Source: Oscillospiraceae bacterium
GTDB lineage: Bacteria > Bacillota > Clostridia > Oscillospirales > Oscillospiraceae
DNA: 26,705 bases
Assembly (NCBI GenBank): GCA_017480395.1
Contig: JAFVAS010000311.1
Coordinates: 1 to 26,705 of the forward strand
Direction: 5' to 3'
In this document: one piece after another, positions 8,835 to 14,828 of the stretch
Position numbering within the stretch: position 1 is the first letter of the stretch
Layout of the letters: every line of letters begins with the position of its first letter
Made by a program: the position numbers and the translations under genes
Notes under the pieces: model-generated
Seen by the model: the letters and a program-made list of their open reading frames with translations, nothing else
Told to the model about the DNA's origin: nothing
Database searches by the model: none

Positions 8835-9908
8835 TTACTGCTCGTAGATGGAGTCGAAATTGACACCGTCCGCGAAGTGGATCGCCCGGGCCTGCGCCCA
8901 GCCGCCAAAGTGGTTGATGTCCGTCAGCACCACGTTGTCGTTGATCCATTTGCCGTCCGCCGGAATTTCGGTGATGGTGTTGCCCTCTCCGGAGGACACA
9001 TACTGGTCGTAGATCTCCCGGGTGCTGGGCCGGTAGAAGTTCTCCGCCTCAATGACCTGGGCCTCATCGGAGTAGAGGAAGTTCAGATACTCGGTGGCGG
9101 CGTCCACGGTGCCGTGCTTTTTGGCCACCTCGTCCACCACCGCCACGGTGGGCTGGCACAGGATGGAGACGGAGGGAACCACGATCTCATAGTCGCCGGG
9201 GTACTCCTTCAGGGAGAGGAACGCCTCGTTCTCCCAGGCCAGCAGCACGTCGCCCTGGCCGTTCTCCACAATGGAGGTGGTGGCACCCCGGGCGCCGGAG
9301 TCCAGCACCACCACGTTGCCGTACAGGGTGCGGATGGACTCCAGGATCTCGTCATCGTTCTGGCCCTGGAGCTCGAAGAAGTACCAGGCCGCCAGGTAGT
9401 TCCACATGGCGCCGCCGGAGGTCTTGGGGTTGGGGGTGATGATGCCCACGTCGTCCCGGATCAGGTCATCCCAGTCGTAGATGCCCTTGGGGTTGCCGGC
9501 GCGAACCAGGAAGACGATGGTGGAGGTGTAGGGGGAGCTGTCCAGGGGGAACTCGGCGGTGAAGCCGTCGTCGATCAGGCCGGCATCCGCCACAACCTTG
9601 ACGTCGCCCTCCAGAGCCAGGGTGACCACATCGGCCTCCAGGCCGTTGGACACCTCCAGGGCCTGCTTGCCGGAGCCGCCGTGGGACTGGGTGACCTCGA
9701 TCTTCTGGCCGGTCAGCTCCTCGTAGTGGGGCTCAAAGATCTCGTTGTATGCGGCGTAGAGCTCACGGGTGGGGTCGTAGGAGACGTTGGTCAGCTCGAT
9801 GGTGCCGCCGGAGCTTCCGCTGGAGGAGGCACCGCAGCCCGTCAGCGCCGTCAGGATCAGCGCGGTGGATAGGATCAGCGCACCGAGGCGCTTGCCATTG
9901 AATTTCAT
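8835..9908 (-). CDS. sbp: Sulfate ABC transporter substrate-binding lipoprotein (Sbp/CysP family)
   Basis: Signal peptide with lipobox LTG-C; NVSYDPTRELY, QSHGGSGKQA, TPNPKTSGGA, WENEA. Confidence 0.95.
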   Translation of the reverse strand: MKFNGKRLGALILSTALILTALTGCGASSSGSSGGTIELTNVSYDPTRELYAAYNEIFEPHYEELTGQKIEVTQSHGGSGKQALEVSNGLEADVVTLALEGDVKVVADAGLIDDGFTAEFPLDSSPYTSTIVFLVRAGNPKGIYDWDDLIRDDVGIITPNPKTSGGAMWNYLAAWYFFELQGQNDDEILESIRTLYGNVVVLDSGARGATTSIVENGQGDVLLAWENEAFLSLKEYPGDYEIVVPSVSILCQPTVAVVDEVAKKHGTVDAATEYLNFLYSDEAQVIEAENFYRPSTREIYDQYVSSGEGNTITEIPADGKWINDNVVLTDINHFGGWAQARAIHFADGVNFDSIYEQ

Positions 9909-9968
9909 GATAAAAGAACCTTCTTTCTGGTTTCCGCCCGTTCGGGGGGGTAATTGAGTTTATGGGGC

Positions 9969-9998
9969 AAAAAAATGGCAGGACGTGATCATCCCGCC
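9969..9998 (-). terminator. Intrinsic terminator in the sbp leader (attenuator)
   Basis: Minus strand GGCGGGAUG-AUCA-CGUCCUGCC (9 bp, 2 GU pairs), then A and UUUUUUU. It lies 60 nt upstream of the sbp ATG and 28 nt after the leader ORF stop. Confidence 0.8.
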
Positions 9999-10026
9999 TT
10001 CTGGTGTAGCATATTGAGACCTGCGC

Positions 10027-10131
10027 TCAGCAGTACAGAGACATTCGGACGCAACATCGGGGCATACACATTCGGCTGGACTTGGTATGGGAACAACAAC
10101 ACATCTTATGACAGATACACATTGTCTTCAT
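10027..10131 (-). CDS. Cys/Met-rich leader peptide (34 aa): MKTMCICHKMCCCSHTKSSRMCMPRCCVRMSLYC
   Basis: Manually translated; below the size shown in the ORF track. RBS GGAAAGGAAG just upstream of the ATG. 9 Cys and 6 Met codons. Sits between the promoter and the terminator of the sulfate operon. Confidence 0.8.
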   Translation of the reverse strand: MKTMCICHKMCCCSHTKSSRMCMPRCCVRMSLYC

Positions 10132-10149
10132 AGCGCGCTTCCTTTCCCT

Positions 10150-10177
10150 ATTTTCCCTATCGGGTTTGTGGGTTTAT
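10150..10177 (-). promoter_or_regulatory. Possible Rrf2/CymR-type operator overlapping the predicted transcription start
   Basis: ATAAACCCACAAACCCGATAGGGAAAAT has an imperfect CCC...GGG dyad and resembles my recollection of the CymR consensus (C..A....ATMGG spacing). Confidence 0.35.
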
Positions 10178-10183
10178 GCTGAG

Positions 10184-10212
10184 AGTATACCATACCTTCT
10201 ACCAAAACGCAA
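10184..10212 (-). promoter_or_regulatory. Sigma-A promoter of the sulfate operon leader
   Basis: TTGCGT (10212-10207), 17-nt spacer, TATACT (10189-10184), with extended -10 TG. Confidence 0.78.
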
Positions 10213-10379
10213 TCCCCCAGCCATTCCCCTTTTCCATAGCTGGCTATTTGGAAAAGAGATAACGGGCGAAATATTCTCCGCTCATTTGCGTTCCAGCCCC
10301 TTTGCGCCCCGCTCCCATCTGCGCCGAGGGGCCAACAACCATTCCTATGCGGCAAGCCACCGCGTGACAGCGGCAGTGA

Positions 10380-10425
10380 AACGAAAAACGGTCGGGGATG
10401 CGCGCAAGCCACGCTTCCCCGACCG
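10380..10425 (-). terminator. Intrinsic terminator of the PaxB-like gene
   Basis: 10-bp stem CGGTCGGGGA/TCCCCGACCG (10389-10425) followed on the minus strand by TTTTTCGTTT. Confidence 0.7.
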
Positions 10426-10493
10426 CTCGGCCGATGATTCCACGATTGCTCCCCGTCGGAGCGGGATACCACGCGCCAATGGGGCCGTCCCGC

Positions 10494-11105
10494 TCACTCC
10501 GCCTTGGGGAATTTCGGCAGAAGGATAATATAGAGGATATCAAACACGCTGCACACCAGCCCCATCAGCACGATATACGGGTTGAAGCCCCAGACAACGC
10601 CCTGCAGGACGGTGGGGGCCAGGGTGCCGATCCATTTGGCCACCGCAATGGTCATGGACTGCCCCCGGGTAGAGTTTCTCCGAAACAGCATGACCACAAA
10701 CAGGATGGACATGGCCGCATTCTGGGCGAATGCGGAGTACTGCGCCGCCGGAAGCGGGTCAAAGGCCAGGAAGAACGCCAGTTGGATGACGGCGCAGGCG
10801 GCAAAGGAGAGGATGGAAAAGGGGACAAAATACTTCTTTGCGCGCTCCGGGAACTCCCGCCTGCCGAACTCGAAGTAGGTGTAGACGATCACCGCGTCCA
10901 GGCACATCCACGCCAGATTGACAAAGGCCTGAACCGAGACGTCAAAGAGCAGATCATGAATGGTGTAGATCGTCTCCCAGGCGATATTCAGGCCCAGGGC
11001 ATACAGCGGCATGGCATAGGTCTTGGCCCTGAAGCCCTGCCGGATGCAGTCGATATACACGACAGACCATGCGATTCCACTGAGCAGAAGTAAAAACAGT
11101 TCCAT
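10494..11105 (-). CDS. Integral membrane protein of the PaxB/Pyr4 (transmembrane terpene cyclase-like) family, 203 aa
   Basis: About 7 hydrophobic helices; motifs W..Y...R...KTYAMP..AL.LNIAWE, RGQS..IA..KWIGT, FDILY. Start re-called to ATG 11105 (AAGGAGG RBS). Confidence 0.72.
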   Translation of the reverse strand: MELFLLLLSGIAWSVVYIDCIRQGFRAKTYAMPLYALGLNIAWETIYTIHDLLFDVSVQAFVNLAWMCLDAVIVYTYFEFGRREFPERAKKYFVPFSILSFAACAVIQLAFFLAFDPLPAAQYSAFAQNAAMSILFVVMLFRRNSTRGQSMTIAVAKWIGTLAPTVLQGVVWGFNPYIVLMGLVCSVFDILYIILLPKFPKAE

Positions 11106-11117
11106 ATGCGAGCCTCC

Positions 11118-11170
11118 TTGACATGTGTCAGCGTTATAGGTATAATAGTCAAAAAGCTGACAGGTGTCAA
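11118..11170. promoter_or_regulatory. Overlapping divergent sigma-A promoters with two inverted 14-bp operator palindromes
   Basis: Plus strand: TTGACA(11118)-N17-TATAAT(11141). Minus strand: TTGACA(11170)-N17-TATTAT(11147). Boxes TTGACATGTGTCAG (11118-11131) and CTGACAGGTGTCAA (11157-11170). Confidence 0.8.
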
Positions 11171-11234
11171 TACCTCTGGCACAAGTGGTACAGATGGCCG
11201 TTTCTGTCAGGGTTTGCATGGGAGGGAGCACGCA

Positions 11235-11798
11235 ATGTATCAGGGGACAAATCCTTCTGCGCTCCGGTCCAGGGAGTGGATCACCCAGGCGCTGCTGGCG
11301 CTTTTGGAGGAGGAGAGGTACGCCCGGATCACGGTGAAGGATATCTGCCAGCGGGCGCAGCTGTCGAGGCAGACCTTCTACCAGATCTTCGCGTCAAAGG
11401 ACGAGGTGCTGGAATACCGATTTGGGGCGCTTTTCGCCCAGTTCCGGGCGAAGTGCGGCAATTTCAGCGGCATCTCCCTCCGGGCGCTTGCCTGCGGTTT
11501 CTTTGCCTTTTTTGCGGAACACCAGGACTTCGCCCGGGTCCTGATCGCCAATCATATGTCCTATCTGTTTGAGCGGGAATTTGAGCGGTATCTGCCGGAG
11601 ATCGACCTGTTCCGGCAGATCAACGAGACGGAGGCACACCCGGACTATTCTGTGTGCTATGTGGCGGGCGCTCTGTCTCAAATGCTGATCCACTGGTACG
11701 AAAAGGACATGGATCTCCCGGTGGAGCAGATGGGCGCTTTGACGGAGGACATCATCAGCGGGCGGATTTTCGCAGCGGGCGGCAATCGAACCGGATAA
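11235..11798 (+). CDS. TetR/AcrR family transcriptional regulator (187 aa)
   Basis: HTH: ITVKDICQRAQLSRQTFYQIFASKDEVL. Start re-called to ATG 11235 (GGAGGGAG RBS). Confidence 0.92.
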   Translation: MYQGTNPSALRSREWITQALLALLEEERYARITVKDICQRAQLSRQTFYQIFASKDEVLEYRFGALFAQFRAKCGNFSGISLRALACGFFAFFAEHQDFARVLIANHMSYLFEREFERYLPEIDLFRQINETEAHPDYSVCYVAGALSQMLIHWYEKDMDLPVEQMGALTEDIISGRIFAAGGNRTG

Positions 11799-11802
11799 CA
11801 AG

Positions 11803-11842
11803 GCCCCGGAGGGGCTGGCGATCAACCAGTCCCCTCCGGGGC
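11803..11842. repeat. Long inverted repeat between convergent tetR and cls (REP-like; may terminate cls)
   Basis: GCCCCGGAGGGG-CTGG-cgatcaa-CCAG-t-CCCCTCCGGGGC. Confidence 0.7.
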
Positions 11843-11848
11843 GTGGGA

Positions 11849-11879
11849 AGCCCGGGCGACGCGCCCCGGGCTGTTTTTT
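11849..11879 (+). terminator. Intrinsic terminator of tetR
   Basis: AGCCCGGG...CCCGGGCT stem followed by GTTTTTT. Confidence 0.7.
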
Positions 11880-11892
11880 CCTGTCATCTGTC

Positions 11893-13458
11893 TCACAGCA
11901 GCGGCGCAAGCAGCCGCAGGATCAGCTGCCGCATGCGCAGGAATCTGCCCCGCCCGGTGCGGTAATGCTCCGTGACCTCCTGGCACTCCGCCAGCGTCTC
12001 CTCAAAGTCCCGCTTCGTGTCCAACACCGCCGGGCAGTCATAATAGAGGCAGCCGTTCTCAAAGTGATGGTACAGGCTGCGGAAGTCCAGATTGATGGTG
12101 CCGCAGGTGGCCACCCGGTCATCGGAGACGCTCATTTTACAATGGCAGAAGCCGGGGGTATACTCATAAATGCGCACGCCGTTTCGCACCAGGCCGCCGT
12201 AGAAGGAGCGCGTCATGCTGTATACCAGCTTCTTGTCCGGGATTCCGGGGGTGATGACGCGCACATCCACCCCCCGCTTGGCCGCCAGGGACAGGGCGTG
12301 GGTCATTTCATCCGTGAGGATGAGATAGGGCGTGATGAACCAGACGTAGTCCCGGGCGCTCTCCGCCACGCTGATATAGACCTCCTCGCCCACCTGCTCC
12401 TCATCCATGGGGCTGTCGGCATAGGGTTGGACGAAGCCGGTTCCCTCCGCGTGGTAGTCCGGCTCGGGGAGGAAGCGGTCAAAGTCGGCGTCATCCGCGT
12501 CGTCCCCCCGCACCGCGTTCCACATCTCCAGGAATGTGACCGTCAGGCTTCTGACCGCGTCGCCGGTGAGCTTGATGCCGGTGTCCTTCCAGTGCCCATA
12601 GGGGCTGGTCAGGTTGAAATACTCGTTGGCCAGATTGTAGCCCCCGGTGAAGCCCACCTTCCCGTCCACCACGGTGATCTTCCGGTGATCCCGGTTGTTC
12701 AGAAAGACCTTGAGCCCCGGCGCGAAGGGATTGAACACCCGGCACTGAATCCCCCTGGCGTTCAGCCGCCCCACGAAGTCCGTGTTGATGAAGCCAATGC
12801 TTCCCATGTCGTCATAGAACACCCGGACGTCCACCCCCGCCCGGGCCCGCTCCTCCAGGATCTCCTGGATCCCGTGCCAGGATTCCCCGTCCTCAATGGC
12901 GTGGTACTCCATAAAGATGAACCGCTCCGCCCGGCGCAGGGCCTCCTTCTGGGCCTCCAGGCCCTTGGCCGCATCGTCATAGTATTCAATGTCCGTGTTC
13001 TGATAGACGGGGTAGCCGGCCCTCTCCCGCACATATCGGGCGAGATTGCCGAGGTGGCCGTCCCTCTCCCGCAGGGCCTGCAACGCATCGGCGTTCTCCG
13101 GCAGCTTGGGCAGCAGGAGCCGGTCGATCTCCTCATAGCGCCTGCGCATTTTGTGGGTGGAGCCGCTGAGCCCGATCAGCAGATACAGCGTCACACCCAG
13201 CACCGGCATCATCATGATCAGACTGATCCACGGCGTCTTCATGGCCGAGGTGGTGTTCTGGGCATAAATCCCCAGGACAAGCAGGGCCGCCAAAACCCGG
13301 GTGCCGATGGCGATCCACTCAGCGTGGTTGTTCAGCCGGACGGCGATCAGCAGGATCACCGCCACCTGCAGCACAATGGACACCGCCGTAAAGGCCAGAC
13401 GGCTCACCCCGTTTTTGACGCTGCTTTTCTGTTCCACCGTTTGTATACCTGTACTCAC
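11893..13458 (-). CDS. cls: Cardiolipin synthase (phospholipase D family)
   Basis: N-terminal TM helices; two HKD motifs HRKITVVD and HCKMSVSD; GGYNLANEY and GTINLDFRS. Start re-called to GTG 13458 (GGAGGAG RBS); the ORF track start is 13479. Confidence 0.93.
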   Translation of the reverse strand: MSTGIQTVEQKSSVKNGVSRLAFTAVSIVLQVAVILLIAVRLNNHAEWIAIGTRVLAALLVLGIYAQNTTSAMKTPWISLIMMMPVLGVTLYLLIGLSGSTHKMRRRYEEIDRLLLPKLPENADALQALRERDGHLGNLARYVRERAGYPVYQNTDIEYYDDAAKGLEAQKEALRRAERFIFMEYHAIEDGESWHGIQEILEERARAGVDVRVFYDDMGSIGFINTDFVGRLNARGIQCRVFNPFAPGLKVFLNNRDHRKITVVDGKVGFTGGYNLANEYFNLTSPYGHWKDTGIKLTGDAVRSLTVTFLEMWNAVRGDDADDADFDRFLPEPDYHAEGTGFVQPYADSPMDEEQVGEEVYISVAESARDYVWFITPYLILTDEMTHALSLAAKRGVDVRVITPGIPDKKLVYSMTRSFYGGLVRNGVRIYEYTPGFCHCKMSVSDDRVATCGTINLDFRSLYHHFENGCLYYDCPAVLDTKRDFEETLAECQEVTEHYRTGRGRFLRMRQLILRLLAPLL

Positions 13459-13496
13459 GGTCGTCTCCTCCCTTCCCATGTTGCCTCCCGGCGCCT

Positions 13497-14066
13497 TTAC
13501 GCCTGCTTTTCCGCCGTATAGGTCCCCGCCGGGGATGCAATCACTTTTTCACAGATCGCGGCCATCTCCTCCGGGCTCTCCTGCATCCCGGATCGGAACC
13601 ATTCCGTCAGCACGCTGAGAAAGGCCCCCTCGCTGGCCGCCCGGGTGTAGTGCTCCTCGGTGGAGCTGACCGGATAGACCGCCTCCAGTATGATCCCATC
13701 ACTCAGCCGCAGGTTTGCCTTCTGGTAGATTTCAAAATATTCCCTGTTCTCCCGGATCGTCTGAAAGAAACTGACGTACCACGCCCGCCGGTCCGTCAGG
13801 AAGCGCTCGCTGGTCAGGGATGTCCGCAGCTGCTCGAACAGGTGCTGGCAGAGATCCGCCACCAGAGCCTCCTTGGACTCATAGTTTCGGTAAAAGGCCA
13901 GCCGGGACACCCCCGCGCGCTTTGCGATCTCCGTAATGGTGATCCGCTCAAAGTTCTCCTGGTTCATGAGCTTGAACATGGCGGTGCGCAGGCACTCCCG
14001 GGTGACGCGGTTTGACTCCTCATTGGAAAGTCTCAGAATTTCCATGTTTTCCAGTTCTGTTTTCAT
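13497..14066 (-). CDS. TetR/AcrR family transcriptional regulator (189 aa)
   Basis: HTH: ITITEIAKRAGVSRLAFYRNYESKEAL. Confidence 0.92.
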   Translation of the reverse strand: MKTELENMEILRLSNEESNRVTRECLRTAMFKLMNQENFERITITEIAKRAGVSRLAFYRNYESKEALVADLCQHLFEQLRTSLTSERFLTDRRAWYVSFFQTIRENREYFEIYQKANLRLSDGIILEAVYPVSSTEEHYTRAASEGAFLSVLTEWFRSGMQESPEEMAAICEKVIASPAGTYTAEKQA

Positions 14067-14127
14067 AGTTCACCCCAACGCGACGTTACAAATTCCTCTC
14101 GATCTGTTAAGGCCGGAGGCAGATATC

Positions 14128-14201
14128 TTGACAGACGATACATTCACGTCGTACAATCGATATGACGTAACAAGTGTAACACTCAATCCCACGCTTGTCA
14201 A
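14128..14201. promoter_or_regulatory. Face-to-face sigma-A promoters for hdeD-like (+) and tetR-cls (-)
   Basis: Plus strand: TTGACA(14128)-N18-TACAAT(14152). Minus strand: TTGACA(14201)-N17-TACACT(14178) with extended TG. Confidence 0.65.
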
Positions 14202-14225
14202 CTAAAACATCTGGAGGCGAACCAT

Positions 14226-14777
14226 ATGAAATTTGCAAAGATTACAACCATCATCATCGGCGTGTTGATGATCATCTCCGGCCTCGTCTGCCTGTTCTCC
14301 CCGGGACTGACCTACCTGGGGCTGGCCTATGCCATCGGGATCGGCATGATCATGGACGCCGTGGGCCGGATCGTCACCTGGTGGAAATATCGGAAGGTCG
14401 GCCTGTTTGACGGGTGGATGCTGGTCGGGGCCATCCTCTCCCTGGTGTTTGGAATCATCCTGATCGGCGACGCCGCGCTCCAGGTCTCCGTGGGCGTGTT
14501 CATCGCATACATGGCCGCGATCTGGATTCTGATCCACGGCATCATCCATATTGTCCGGGCCGTCAAAATTCATCGGTTCCACAAGGATTGGGACACCGTC
14601 GTCATCGGAAAGCACTGGTGGGTGCTGCTGCTGTTCGGCATCGTGACCGTTCTGTTCGGCGTGCTGAGCGTGATGAATCCCGCCATTATTATGACGGCGG
14701 TGGGCACCTTCATCGGCCTGGGCATCATTGCCGCCGGTGCGAACATGGTCACCGTGGCCCTGTCGCTCCGGGTGTGA
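14226..14777 (+). CDS. HdeD/DUF308 family membrane protein (183 aa)
   Basis: Six hydrophobic helices with the repeated G...I..G...I pattern. GGAGG RBS. Confidence 0.82.
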   Translation: MKFAKITTIIIGVLMIISGLVCLFSPGLTYLGLAYAIGIGMIMDAVGRIVTWWKYRKVGLFDGWMLVGAILSLVFGIILIGDAALQVSVGVFIAYMAAIWILIHGIIHIVRAVKIHRFHKDWDTVVIGKHWWVLLLFGIVTVLFGVLSVMNPAIIMTAVGTFIGLGIIAAGANMVTVALSLRV

Positions 14778-14828
14778 CAGGCAGCCGTTCTAACTTCCAT
14801 TTACATTTAATTAAAGGAGGCATATATC

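Noticed and set aside
626-9872. Very long plus-strand ORFs (626-3256, 5549-8002, 7866-9872)
   Set aside because: They are antisense shadows of well-conserved minus-strand genes, typical of high-GC codon bias. They have no RBS or recognisable motifs.
10027-10131. Cys-rich peptide as a RiPP precursor (ranthipeptide/thiopeptide) or metallothionein
   Set aside because: No radical SAM, YcaO, peptidase or exporter gene is nearby. Its position between promoter and terminator and its Met enrichment fit an attenuator better. A secondary metal-binding role is not excluded.
9909-10180. SAM (S-box) riboswitch or cysteine T-box in the sbp leader
   Set aside because: I could not find the S-box core (AUC.AGAG…GGC.ACC…GUGC.AA) or the T-box UGGNACC bulge. 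The leader ORF plus hairpins account for the region.
10128-10543. ORFs 10128-10472(-), 10166-10528(+), 10244-10543(-)
   Set aside because: No RBS or motifs; they run across a promoter and a terminator.
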